Shown: positions 15,537 through 24,550 of the stretch, one piece after another
Numbering within the stretch: the stretch's first letter is position 1
Layout: each line of letters opens with the position of its first letter
Virus record (IMG/VR): IMGVR_UViG_3300028534_000026
Coordinates: 2,128 to 66,127 of that record
Length of the DNA stretch: 64,000 nt
Strand: one strand, 5' to 3'
Source of the DNA: a virus
Position numbers and translations under genes: made by a program
The notes under the pieces: model-generated
What the model saw: the letters and a program-made list of their open reading frames with translations, nothing else
Told to the model about the DNA's origin: nothing
Databases searched by the model: none

Positions 15537-16289
15537 ATGGAACAAACTGAACTCATAAATGGCTTGATATCCGCTGACTTACAATCGGCGGAACATTATA
15601 CAAAGCAGGCGATGGCTGCAAGTTCGGCGCCGATTTTCCTGGAAACCACCGAAATTGCTGTGCGGAATTATCGTTCTGTTTTATCCATACTTGATCAGCA
15701 GGAAGAATTTAAGTTACTGTTTTATCAGGATTTTCAGAGCAGACTAAACGTCATGTGGCGCAATTTGAAATCCTTATTGATCCGGCTAAAGAAGTTTGAG
15801 TGCTCAGAACGCAACCTTCAGCTTGTCAATAACTTTACTTCAGTTTCAAACTCAATTTCATCCTTGCTCTTGAAACAAGTTAAGGTCAATAAATCTACTA
15901 ATAATCTTGCGAGTAGGCTGAAATTCTACCCTGGAAATTCCATGACTACACCAAGATTAATTGCAGAAGCATACTTGCAAATATGCGACAAATATAATGC
16001 ACAACCACTTGATTCCGAAACATTTTCCCGCATGGTTCAGAATCAGATTGGAATTCCAAGTGAAGCTGGAATTTACAGAATCGGCGGGTTTTTGGTCAAG
16101 TTATTTGACCGGATGGAAATCCCAGCGGACCCAAAAATTCTGTTTGGTCCTGAATTAGGGATAGAAATCGATAACACAGAAATCCAACCTTGTAGAATTA
16201 CTGAACGGCCGGAAATAGACAAAAAGTACGCTGAAATCGCCGCCAGAATGCGGAATAAGAAGCCAATACGAATGATAGCGGAAGGGTAA
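15537..16289 (+). CDS. hypothetical protein with a D5/RFX-like winged-helix segment
   Basis: LIAEAYLQICDKYNAQPLDSETFSRMV resembles the primase C-terminus in this window; lone plus-strand gene beside the repeat block. Confidence 0.65.
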   Translation: MEQTELINGLISADLQSAEHYTKQAMAASSAPIFLETTEIAVRNYRSVLSILDQQEEFKLLFYQDFQSRLNVMWRNLKSLLIRLKKFECSERNLQLVNNFTSVSNSISSLLLKQVKVNKSTNNLASRLKFYPGNSMTTPRLIAEAYLQICDKYNAQPLDSETFSRMVQNQIGIPSEAGIYRIGGFLVKLFDRMEIPADPKILFGPELGIEIDNTEIQPCRITERPEIDKKYAEIAARMRNKKPIRMIAEG

Positions 16290-16340
16290 AAGCGTGGCGT
16301 GAGCGCGAATCTGAGGCTTTTTGGAAGGGAATTTTGACAT

Positions 16341-16387
16341 GGATTCAAGAGCAAATTCGGTTTTGATTTAAATTTGCTCCTGAATCC
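16341..16387. terminator. 17-bp-arm hairpin between convergent genes
   Basis: GGATTCAAGAGCAAATT / AATTTGCTCCTGAATCC, 16/17 complementary, 13-nt loop. Confidence 0.6.
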
Positions 16388-16413
16388 AAATTTTTTGGGA
16401 GGGTGCCTAACAA

Positions 16414-16800
16414 TCAATCGGAGTCAGGGTGGTACAAACACCTGAATTGCACATGCTTGAAGACATTTGTTTTCCTAACAGTTCCGTCAGGATTCTGGAC
16501 TTCTTTGGACTCCCGTTTGGTCGTGGGTGTCCAGACTGGTTTTTCCATAACGATTGCCCAAGCAACTACTGTTAAACACGCAGACAGTTCGCCCATAACT
16601 ATGATGTGATCAAATTCTTTGAAGAAAGGAATAAACTCACATAAGTAGTCTTCTAAGTCAGACATGCTAAATTCAGGGTCAATCTGGCCCCACTTGGGAT
16701 TATCCAGGCTGGTCAGGTCATAGCTCCCAAACTGATCGGCCATGTCTCTGAGCTGTTCATCCGTGGCCTTATGGTTACTTATCCATAAAATCTTTTTCAT
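16414..16800 (-). CDS. hypothetical protein
   Basis: 128-aa ORF with GGAGG RBS. Confidence 0.75.
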   Translation of the reverse strand: MKKILWISNHKATDEQLRDMADQFGSYDLTSLDNPKWGQIDPEFSMSDLEDYLCEFIPFFKEFDHIIVMGELSACLTVVAWAIVMEKPVWTPTTKRESKEVQNPDGTVRKTNVFKHVQFRCLYHPDSD

Positions 16801-16871
16801 AACAATACCTCCATGTTTTCTACTACAATGTATGCCAGTATAATTAATACCGGCCCGAAATATCTCATCAT
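16797..16871 (-). CDS. 24-aa hydrophobic microprotein
   Basis: MMRYFGPVLIILAYIVVENMEVLL; GAGG RBS; ATGA overlap downstream. Confidence 0.5.
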   Translation of the reverse strand: MMRYFGPVLIILAYIVVENMEVLL

Positions 16872-16873
16872 TT

Positions 16874-17014
16874 TTACACCTCTATAATATTCCACGCCCA
16901 GCAATCTGCCCTGTGAGGCATGAAGTAGTATTTTCCTTTCCAAATAACCTGGCAGCCTGTATCATTTTTATAGACACAGACTGCCCCAGACCAGTTATAT
17001 ATCCAATATTTCAT
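16874..17014 (-). CDS. 46-aa aromatic-rich microprotein
   Basis: MKYWIYNWSGAVCVYKNDTGCQVIWKGKYYFMPHRADCWAWNIIEV; GAGGTGG RBS; ATGA overlap. Confidence 0.55.
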   Translation of the reverse strand: MKYWIYNWSGAVCVYKNDTGCQVIWKGKYYFMPHRADCWAWNIIEV

Positions 17015-17082
17015 TTAACCACCTCTGTGATCAAATACAGGATTACAGGCCAGCTACTTCCAAGTAAGAATAGAAATTTCAT
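17011..17082 (-). CDS. 23-aa hydrophobic microprotein
   Basis: MKFLFLLGSSWPVILYLITEVVK; ATGA overlaps at both ends. Confidence 0.5.
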   Translation of the reverse strand: MKFLFLLGSSWPVILYLITEVVK

Positions 17083-17390
17083 CCGAACCCCCTTTGATAT
17101 CTTTTTTCCTGGCGGGTAATCGCCTGTTGTTCGTCGTATTCTTCAGGTGTCGGGCTGTATTTTCTCACCCTTCCACCAGCACAGCAATTCTCAAGGAACC
17201 AGTATGCTTTGTCCTGTTCCTTGAATTCAGCAATCGTCATGCCATTGCTATCATCAACATACCATACTGTGTTTTTCAGTATCTTTGGTTGTTTCGGCTG
17301 TTCATCCCTAAAGGGCCATGAACTGATGATTTCGCAATCATCATTGTACTGGCTATTTGTAAATGTTATTGCGAATTCTTTTTCATCCAT
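17079..17390 (-). CDS. early hypothetical protein
   Basis: GAGG RBS before MDEKEF. Confidence 0.7.
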   Translation of the reverse strand: MDEKEFAITFTNSQYNDDCEIISSWPFRDEQPKQPKILKNTVWYVDDSNGMTIAEFKEQDKAYWFLENCCAGGRVRKYSPTPEEYDEQQAITRQEKRYQRGFG

Positions 17391-17412
17391 TGTCTTTACC
17401 TCTACAAACAAA

Positions 17413-17500
17413 AATCCCTGTATAGGTGGTCACCTATACAGGGATTCAGAATTTATAGGTGTTCACCTATACCGTTTCCCGGTATAGGTGAACACCTATT
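17413..17500. repeat. three copies of palindrome TATAGGTG-NN-CACCTATA
   Basis: Copies at 17421, 17454 and 17483; copy 1 extends to a perfect 16-bp stem (17413-17446); copies 2 and 3 are a 19-bp inverted pair. Confidence 0.85.
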
Positions 17501-17502
17501 TC

Positions 17503-18159
17503 CTAACCATTTGATGCAGCTTTGACCTTCTCGACTGCTTCTGCAGTCATGTCTTGATCAATGCCGAAGAATCCTGCGATTTCTTCAGCGCTCTTACCGT
17601 TTTTGGCAAGAGCAATGATGGAGCTGTAGTGCTCCTGCACCTGCCTTTCAGCCGCTTTTTCGGCGGCCATCTTCCGCAAGCTGGCGGAGCGCTTTTCCGC
17701 TCTTTTCTTTGCGGCCTCGATGGATGCAAAGATTTCAGTTATGGCGGTTTCATCCGCTCCTAACTCACCTGCCTTCTCTGTTAATATGTCTGAGGCCGAT
17801 TTTCTGGCCTTGATCACCTTTTCTTTGGCCTTGACCGGGTTGTACCCGGTCAGGGTCATAGTGGTTGACCATTCAGCCGTGTGGCGCTCAACCGCAGTGG
17901 CAAACCTGCGGCTCAAGTTCTGCTGCAGGTTCGCAGCGTTTTTACCTTCCCCGAATACGCCCTCATCTTTCAGGGCGCGAATGGAATCGGTCAAGAACTG
18001 ACAAAGACCAGTCAGGTCTTTGTCAAAATGACTGACTACTGCGTCCGTGGACGCAGTTATCTTTTCTGACAGCATTGTTTTAATGCTGTCAGATTTCTTG
18101 ATATCCACTACGGCGTATGCGGTTGTACTAACAGCTTGAAATAATTCTACCTTTCTCAT
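17503..18159 (-). CDS. early hypothetical protein, Ala/Lys-rich and helical
   Basis: 218-aa ORF with GGAGG RBS. Confidence 0.8.
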   Translation of the reverse strand: MRKVELFQAVSTTAYAVVDIKKSDSIKTMLSEKITASTDAVVSHFDKDLTGLCQFLTDSIRALKDEGVFGEGKNAANLQQNLSRRFATAVERHTAEWSTTMTLTGYNPVKAKEKVIKARKSASDILTEKAGELGADETAITEIFASIEAAKKRAEKRSASLRKMAAEKAAERQVQEHYSSIIALAKNGKSAEEIAGFFGIDQDMTAEAVEKVKAASNG

Positions 18160-18193
18160 GATTTAATCCTCCGGTGTTGATTTAAACAACGAC

Positions 18194-18226
18194 AAAAGGC
18201 CGTGACGGACTAATCCGTCACGGCCT
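18194..18226 (-). terminator. intrinsic terminator
   Basis: Perfect 13-bp stem AGGCCGTGACGGA/TCCGTCACGGCCT, 4-nt loop, T run on the minus strand. Confidence 0.8.
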
Positions 18227-18230
18227 ACCA

Positions 18231-18563
18231 TTAATACCCCAGCCAGTTCTTGACATAGCCTGCGGCCATGTCGATAAGCTCGGTTGTCTCTTCGGCATTG
18301 CCGAATCGGCAATGCCAAAGAGCGTTTCTGCGCTCTTTTTCCGGCAAGGGTACGCCTTTGCCGGAAACAAGTTCTTTTTCTGTCAGCCAGCTAAACAGCC
18401 GACTGATACGGGTAGTATCATGACTTATCGTCATGATATTTTCAATGGCCCGGACTGTCCCTAGACAGTCAGAGCCGTGCCAAGTGAGGCCGCCTGCGTT
18501 GTCCACGCAGGCAGCCTTAACATGTTGCCGCGCCTGGCGGCATTCGTTCAAGATATTTTTCAT
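18231..18563 (-). CDS. first leftward early gene, hypothetical
   Basis: 110-aa ORF with GGAG RBS, just downstream of the promoter. Confidence 0.75.
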   Translation of the reverse strand: MKNILNECRQARQHVKAACVDNAGGLTWHGSDCLGTVRAIENIMTISHDTTRISRLFSWLTEKELVSGKGVPLPEKERRNALWHCRFGNAEETTELIDMAAGYVKNWLGY

Positions 18564-18610
18564 GATTTTATTACTCCCTGTGTTGAGGTTAATAATTTAT
18601 CCCATGCCTC

Positions 18611-18639
18611 TTTATACCACGCTGGTTAGGACAAGTCAA
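18611..18639 (-). promoter_or_regulatory. sigma70-type early promoter
   Basis: TTGACT-N17-TATAAA with an A-tract upstream. Confidence 0.7.
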
Positions 18640-18681
18640 TAGATCGGGGTAATTTTTTTACTGTCTATTCACTTTTTTCTG

Positions 18682-18736
18682 GCAGGGCGGAGCAGGGCGG
18701 AGCAGGGCGGAGCAGGGCGGAGCAGGGCGGAGCAGG
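18682..18736. repeat. 10-bp tandem repeat (GCAGGGCGGA) x5.5
   Basis: Five exact copies plus GCAGG, between the divergent early and packaging units. Confidence 0.9.
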
Positions 18737-18888
18737 ACTCCCTGGTAAAGGTACCACAGCGTAGTATATAAGACGTATACCAATAACTGGCAAATTGGCC
18801 TGGAGGTTGCTTATAGGCACCCCTTTGAAACAAAGATCAATTTTAAACCTTGAAATATCAATCTTAATACAGTAATCTTAAAATAAAA

Positions 18889-19349
18889 ATGCTGAAAACC
18901 AAATGGACACAAAAAGAGATAGCCGGCACACTCAAGGTTTCACAGGCGACAGTCAGCAACTGGCTGAACAGGAGAACAACACCGACTGGTTTAGCCAGGA
19001 GATCGCTGAAGAAACACTTCCCGGAGATATACAACGCCCTGAAAGACCAGACAAAGCCACCCTCGTAATATCAGACGAGCTCAAGGAGCACTACAACGCT
19101 ATTATAGCCCGTAGAGACGAGATGCTCCAAGAGCCAGACAGGTACAAGGATACGGACATCACGGCCATGCTGAATGCGACCACTAAGATGCTCCAGGCCC
19201 TCGTAGCAACACAGGAGAAGCTCTATAATGCTGAGACCCATGCCAGGTTCCAGCACATAGTGATAGAAGCTCTGTCAAAAATAGACCCGAATCTGGCAAA
19301 TCAAATACTGGAACAAATAGATGCCGAACTTGAGAACGCTGAGGACTAA
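18889..19349 (+). CDS. terS: terminase small subunit: HTH frame (18889-19068) plus helical frame (to 19349), offset by -1
   Basis: MLKTKWTQKEIAGTLKVSQATVSNWLNRRTTP is an XRE-type HTH in a different frame from the track ORF; one extra C at 19060-19062 fuses them (153 aa); position upstream of TerL. Confidence 0.6.
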
Positions 19350-21054
19350 ATTTATCCATGCGGCCAAATCCAAGGTCAACTTTTCCTCAGATGATATAAA
19401 AGAATTCATCTTTTCACATACTTATCTCAATCAAAGACCATTCTCCACCAAGCATCATGAGTATCAAGACAAAATAATTGAGATACTTTCCGATCCTGAT
19501 GTGGATTTTGTCCTCAGCAAGGTGGCACAGGCCGGTGCCTCGGAAGTAATATACAGGGTGAAGCTTTCCTACGCATATTTGACCCCGAGTTATTACTCCG
19601 CTCTCATCCTCCCGTCCCTCGGGCAGGTTACAGAGGTGATGAAGGTGCGAATAGCACAGATAATTGCCGAGGCGCCCATGCTGGCACAGGCAATTGACCC
19701 CAAAATAGACTCGGCGTCCCTGAAAAGACTCCGGAACGGGTCCGTACTCTACGCTTTGTCAGGCTCAAAAGACTCAAAGAGTACCGCCATTACACGTCCG
19801 ATCAGGGATATAACCGTGGATGAGTTGGCGAGGGTGTCTATGAAGACGGTTACGGCCATGTCAAACAGGCAGAGGCACCAGGAGCACAAGTCAACAACCT
19901 TTTTTTCCACTCCGCTGTACGAGGGGTTTGATATTTCTGCTGAATTGGACAATTGTGGTGTAGTTTGGGAGAATATTCTGTCCTGCAGTAGGTGTAGCCA
20001 TGAGTTTTTCCCTGATTTTTACAAAGATGTGAGGATTCCGGGTTATACACACCCGGTTCGTACACTTACGGTCAGGAAAATAGCGAAAAGTAACCTGAAT
20101 ATACAGGAAGCATACCTGGAATGTCCCAGGTGTAACAGGCAGACACTGTTCGGGTACCCATATACGAGGTGGGTTAATACGGCGGAGACTCCTAACTTGC
20201 CGAAAATAGGGATGAAAATTGGTCCGTTCGATCTGCCGAAGTTTGTGTCCCCTGGGGACCTTATAAAGGCGATGGTGACGAATCAGGACAGGAATGATTT
20301 CGAGCAGCAGGCGCTTGGGATTCCTACGTCAAGTAAGAATAGCGCACTTGACATATCGCAGTTGAGGTTCGAATCGCAGCCTCCGGGTCCGGTCAATGTA
20401 TTCGGGTTGGATGTGGGGAAGTATTTGTGGATGACGATTGGGACTGTGATGGATGCGAGGCTGTATATCCATACGATAGCTCCGATTAAGCTCAAGGATG
20501 TGAGGCAGGAGTTTCCTAAAATTATCAATAAATTCAGGTGTATAGGAGGGGTGATGGACCTGATGCCGGAGACTTCTCTGGCGAGGGAGCTTGTTATGGC
20601 GACCCCAGGAATGTGGGCGGCGGAGTATAGGGTGTATCAGAAGCCGAGGCCGGAGTTATTTACTCTGGATGTTAGGGATGATGAGGCTACCGGTAAGGTG
20701 AAGCTGGTGAGTATCAACATGTCCCCTGCCTTCGATGTGTTTTCTGATATGGTCTCTTCCGGGTTGCTTACGTACAGGACATCGGAGTATGACCAGATGT
20801 TGCTGGAGCACCTGCAGGTTATGAGGAGGGTCAGGGATGCGAAGAATTCATCAGCGGGGCAGACGGTTTATAAGTGGATAAAGCCGAAGAAGCTCTCGAT
20901 TCGCGGGGCGTCAGATGAGGATCACTTGCACCATTCGTCAGTATACTGTATGGTGGCGAGTAGGATTGTTATGAAGGATATTGCCCAAGTCTATATGCCG
21001 GTTGATATACATACGGTGGATACTAGGTTTGTGCGTCAGCCAGAAAAACCTTGA
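19321..21054 (+). CDS. terL: terminase large subunit, lambda gpA-like
   Basis: KVAQAGASE, ITVDE, FFSTP, CSRC/CPRC zinc motifs, FGLDVG and DHLHHS nuclease motifs. Confidence 0.9.
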   Translation: MPNLRTLRTKFIHAAKSKVNFSSDDIKEFIFSHTYLNQRPFSTKHHEYQDKIIEILSDPDVDFVLSKVAQAGASEVIYRVKLSYAYLTPSYYSALILPSLGQVTEVMKVRIAQIIAEAPMLAQAIDPKIDSASLKRLRNGSVLYALSGSKDSKSTAITRPIRDITVDELARVSMKTVTAMSNRQRHQEHKSTTFFSTPLYEGFDISAELDNCGVVWENILSCSRCSHEFFPDFYKDVRIPGYTHPVRTLTVRKIAKSNLNIQEAYLECPRCNRQTLFGYPYTRWVNTAETPNLPKIGMKIGPFDLPKFVSPGDLIKAMVTNQDRNDFEQQALGIPTSSKNSALDISQLRFESQPPGPVNVFGLDVGKYLWMTIGTVMDARLYIHTIAPIKLKDVRQEFPKIINKFRCIGGVMDLMPETSLARELVMATPGMWAAEYRVYQKPRPELFTLDVRDDEATGKVKLVSINMSPAFDVFSDMVSSGLLTYRTSEYDQMLLEHLQVMRRVRDAKNSSAGQTVYKWIKPKKLSIRGASDEDHLHHSSVYCMVASRIVMKDIAQVYMPVDIHTVDTRFVRQPEKP

Positions 21055-21079
21055 CATTACACCGGCATAACTGTACCAT
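21051..21079 (+). promoter_or_regulatory. sigma70-type promoter before portal
   Basis: TTGACA-N17-TACCAT with TG extension. Confidence 0.65.
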
Positions 21080-21108
21080 GAGTATAAAACCCACAACAGG
21101 CGCAACCC

Positions 21109-22593
21109 ATGGGAATACTTAATAAAATTTTTGGTAGGGCATCGCAGGCTCAGACGGAAGAGGTGAAGGTGCCGGGTAAGAAGACTGAGATTACCACTCC
21201 GTCGTACCTTACGACCTCTAAGGGGTCGACGATTACTGATAATACTACTAATATCACTAATTTAGTCCTGTCTGACTCTATAAGGTGGTCTCCTACTATG
21301 TCGGAGACTATCAAGAAGTTGGTGTTGTCTTCACCGGACTTGTCACATGCGGTAGAGGCTAAGATAAAGTCTGCGATATCAAGTAGATATACAGCCTTTG
21401 CGTATGACCAGACAGGGCGGGTTGATGAGCAGGGCACGGAATTGGTCCAGATGTTCCTCACCAGGCTGAATTTTGCTGCTCCTGATTACACTAAATTTTC
21501 CAAGCCGAGGGATCTGAGGTCCCTTACATCAAGTTTTCTTTATGATACCTTTCGGTATGGGGCGGGGATGCTGGAGGTGGTTCTTGGTAAAACAAGGTTG
21601 CCGGCCTATATCAAGGTTGTTCCTGCCAGGTTGTTGGAGTGGGCTGATGATAATCCGTCTACATATCCAATATACAAGGGTCCAAATAATGTAGATATCC
21701 CGCTTAATTACCCAAATATTATATATTCTTCCTCTATTCAGGATGGGGAATCGCCATATGCTGAGTCGCCGCTACAGGCTGCGATCCAGGCGTGTCTGTG
21801 GGATTCAGATTTTGTGAATGACTTGCGCCGGGCGGCTGTGAGGAATTTGTTCCAGCGGATGGTTGGGACAATTGACTCAGAGAAATTTGTCAAGTCGCTT
21901 CCACTGGACGTGCAGACGGATCAGAAGAAATTAAAAGAACACCGGGAAGCGCTTCTCACTGCGTTGGACAGCAGGCTTAAGAATTTGTCTCCATGGGACG
22001 CCCTTGTTGTCTTTGATAATATTGCGTTTGACACGATTTCTGCAGCGAACAGGTCTGAGGATAGGACCATATCTGTGTTGCAGGAATTGATAAACGGGAA
22101 GATTTCTGCAGGGGCGAAGATCCTGCCCTCCATTATAGGTCGGGGGACTTCTTCGGATGCGGCCTCTACGGAATCCCTGTTGTTCCTGAAGAGTATTTCT
22201 GCGGCTCAGTTGGAATTTAATAATGCTATGTCGCGGGCGTTGACGTTTGTGCTCAGGACGTATGGGAACAGGGGTTACGCGAGTTTTGCTCTGGAAGAGG
22301 TCAACCTGCGGCCCTACCTGGAGCTGGCGAGCTTTCGGGCGATTGAGCAGTCGACTATTCTGGAGCTGTTATCTCTCGGGCAGATGTCAGATACCATGGC
22401 CTGTATCAAGTTGACAGGGTCTCTGCCGCCGGAAGGGTATAAACCTTTGTCCGGTACGATGTTCGGGGTGAAGAAGCCGGATGTTTCCGGGAATGATTAT
22501 TCCAATACTTCAGTTTCTCCGGACGGGAAGCCGGATTCGACACAGGCTCAGAAGAATTCAGATCCTGATAATAAAGGAGTTAAGTCAAAATGA
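21109..22593 (+). CDS. portal protein
   Basis: 494 aa between TerL and the protease; call rests on size and synteny. Confidence 0.75.
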   Translation: MGILNKIFGRASQAQTEEVKVPGKKTEITTPSYLTTSKGSTITDNTTNITNLVLSDSIRWSPTMSETIKKLVLSSPDLSHAVEAKIKSAISSRYTAFAYDQTGRVDEQGTELVQMFLTRLNFAAPDYTKFSKPRDLRSLTSSFLYDTFRYGAGMLEVVLGKTRLPAYIKVVPARLLEWADDNPSTYPIYKGPNNVDIPLNYPNIIYSSSIQDGESPYAESPLQAAIQACLWDSDFVNDLRRAAVRNLFQRMVGTIDSEKFVKSLPLDVQTDQKKLKEHREALLTALDSRLKNLSPWDALVVFDNIAFDTISAANRSEDRTISVLQELINGKISAGAKILPSIIGRGTSSDAASTESLLFLKSISAAQLEFNNAMSRALTFVLRTYGNRGYASFALEEVNLRPYLELASFRAIEQSTILELLSLGQMSDTMACIKLTGSLPPEGYKPLSGTMFGVKKPDVSGNDYSNTSVSPDGKPDSTQAQKNSDPDNKGVKSK

Positions 22594-23453
22594 CAATGAA
22601 ACCAACTACTTACGATATACTCATGATACAACGGGGGTATTATGAGAAGTTCCTCCAGGCTGAAGCTTCCGTGGCCGAGGTGTTGATGGCTGGTACGATG
22701 AACCCGTCTGATGCCGATGAGAGTAGGAACCCAGCTCCTGAAGTCTTGTCCATTCAGGACAACGTGGCGGTGGTATCAATTTCTGGGATGCTTACGAACA
22801 GGCACTCTTGGGCAAATAAGTATCTTGGGTTGGTGGCTTATGAAAGGATCAACCAAGCTATTATGTACGCCATGGAGCAGGATGTCAAAGCAGTCGTGTT
22901 TTATTTTGATACTCCAGGCGGGAAGGTGAATGGCGTAGCGGAGACTGCGGATCTGATATCCAATATACCAGTCAAGACTTTTTCTTATGCCGGTGGGAGT
23001 ATGTGTTCAGCAGGGTATTTTCTTGGCTGCCAGGCTGATTATGTTTTTGCTGACATGATGGCAATGGTCGGGTCTATCGGGGTGATCATGGAATTTTATG
23101 ATTACTCAGGGTTTCTGAAAGAGAGGAAGATCAAGCCAGTGAGGTTCCGGTCGGGGAATTTGAAGGGCGCAGGGAGTCCTGCCTTCTCTTTGACAAAAGA
23201 AGAGATCGCCCACATCCAGGGTATTGTAACGTCTATGGCTGACAATTTTTACCAGATTGTTATGGATGCCAGGGGGATTGATATGGCGGTCATGAAGGCC
23301 CGTGATATTCCCTCCGGGAAGGAGTTTATAGGTGAGCAGGCTGTCCACGCGATTCTGATTGATGGGGTAAAACCATTCGGGGAAGTAATGACCCAAGCTA
23401 TTGAAGAGGCGGAAAAACACTTGACAAATACTAGCCAAATGCTGTATGGGTAG
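22590..23453 (+). CDS. S49-family prohead protease
   Basis: FDTPGG, MCSAGYFLG and VGSIGV motifs. Confidence 0.88.
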   Translation: MTMKPTTYDILMIQRGYYEKFLQAEASVAEVLMAGTMNPSDADESRNPAPEVLSIQDNVAVVSISGMLTNRHSWANKYLGLVAYERINQAIMYAMEQDVKAVVFYFDTPGGKVNGVAETADLISNIPVKTFSYAGGSMCSAGYFLGCQADYVFADMMAMVGSIGVIMEFYDYSGFLKERKIKPVRFRSGNLKGAGSPAFSLTKEEIAHIQGIVTSMADNFYQIVMDARGIDMAVMKARDIPSGKEFIGEQAVHAILIDGVKPFGEVMTQAIEEAEKHLTNTSQMLYG

Positions 23454-24550
23454 AACACAGACTAAAAGTAGCTGATTTATAAGCCATATACGAGGTGTCA
23501 TGATTAGAAGTTCTATATTATCAGTAGGTGCTGCCAACCGAAGTAAACTATTACTGTTAGACAGTATCTCGGATGAAATGCTTGCAGTAGTTAATTTATA
23601 TATTGACTCACTGTGGAGTAAAAAGGACTTTTCTTCTAAGTTTGTCAGCGAGAAAGTTGACACCTGGTTATCTGCCCGATTACAGCAGTGTTTGGGAAAA
23701 CAAGCCCTTGAGATAGTCAAATCTCAAAGAAAGAAGAAGAATAGGGTGAAACCAGTGTTGAAGAGAAAATCATTTAATCTGGACAGTAGATTTATAGATT
23801 TTCAGTCAGGCAACCATTTTGATTTGTGGGTAAGAATTTCATCAGTAGGCAGGCGTATTCAGTTGCGACTACCAGCAAAAGCCCATAAACATTATAATAA
23901 ATTCAAAAATTGGAACAGAAGTAAGTCTGTCAGATTAATTAATAGGGGTGGAAGGTGGTTCATTGAGGTTTTCTTTGAGAAACAGGTACCAAAAAGAAAA
24001 AGCAGTGGTAAGGTTGTAGGGATTGACTGCGGCTATAAAGAACTTGTTAGGACTTCTGCTGATCAGTCTTTTGACGACGGCCTTGAGCATATTTACGAAA
24101 AAATATCCAGAAAGAAACAAGGAAGTAAGGCGTTTAAGCGGGCGTTGATCGAAAGGGACAGCTTGATAAACAAGTCACTAAACAAGTTTGACTTGTCAGA
24201 GGTTATGGAGCTGGTAGCAGAGGATTTGAAAAATGTAAAGCGGAAGTCGAAAGGCCGAATAAATAAGAAGTTTAATAACAAATTACAACGATGGAGTTAC
24301 CCAAAGGTTTTGAGGAAGCTCCAGCGACTGGCAGAGGAGGCTGGGACATTATTCACTCTAATACCACCAGCCTACACAAGCCAGAAGTGTTGTAAATGTG
24401 GGACGATTGATAAATCTAACCGACAAGGGAAGATTTATCAATGTGCTTGTGGGAGCGTTATAGATGCAGACTTAAACGCAGCAATTAATATCTCACACAT
24501 GGGAGTTTATAGTCCCCATGCCCTGTGTTAAGCTACTTAGTAACTATGGG
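23451..24550 (+). mobile_element. non-autonomous TnpB element, IS607-like ends, no TnpA
   Basis: TATGGGTA at 23445-23452 and 24545-24552, exactly 1100 bp apart; removal restores GGG TAA and a normal spacer to the scaffold RBS; right-end hairpin at 24494-24527. Confidence 0.7.
23500..24531 (+). CDS. tnpB: RNA-guided endonuclease TnpB (343 aa)
   Basis: RuvC triad VVGIDCG / LVAEDL / DADLNAAINI intact; YTSQKCCKCG...CACG zinc ribbon. Confidence 0.92.
   Translation: MIRSSILSVGAANRSKLLLLDSISDEMLAVVNLYIDSLWSKKDFSSKFVSEKVDTWLSARLQQCLGKQALEIVKSQRKKKNRVKPVLKRKSFNLDSRFIDFQSGNHFDLWVRISSVGRRIQLRLPAKAHKHYNKFKNWNRSKSVRLINRGGRWFIEVFFEKQVPKRKSSGKVVGIDCGYKELVRTSADQSFDDGLEHIYEKISRKKQGSKAFKRALIERDSLINKSLNKFDLSEVMELVAEDLKNVKRKSKGRINKKFNNKLQRWSYPKVLRKLQRLAEEAGTLFTLIPPAYTSQKCCKCGTIDKSNRQGKIYQCACGSVIDADLNAAINISHMGVYSPHALC

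Noticed and set aside
17413-18736. Palindrome array or 10-bp repeat as a CRISPR array
   Set aside because: No unique 25-40 bp spacers, too few units and no cas genes.
18903-19067. N-terminal 55 codons of the track's 148-aa ORF as real TerS sequence
   Set aside because: The overlapping frame encodes a clear HTH; this frame looks like its shadow.
20363-20385. GGTTCGAATC as a tRNA T-loop
   Set aside because: Lies inside terL with no cloverleaf.
23421-23450. TTGACA upstream of tnpB as its promoter
   Set aside because: The best -10 (TATGGG at 18 bp) is poor.
23451-24550. TnpB element as an IStron
   Set aside because: Only about 50 nt precede the ORF, too short for a group I intron core, and the insertion lies at a stop codon.
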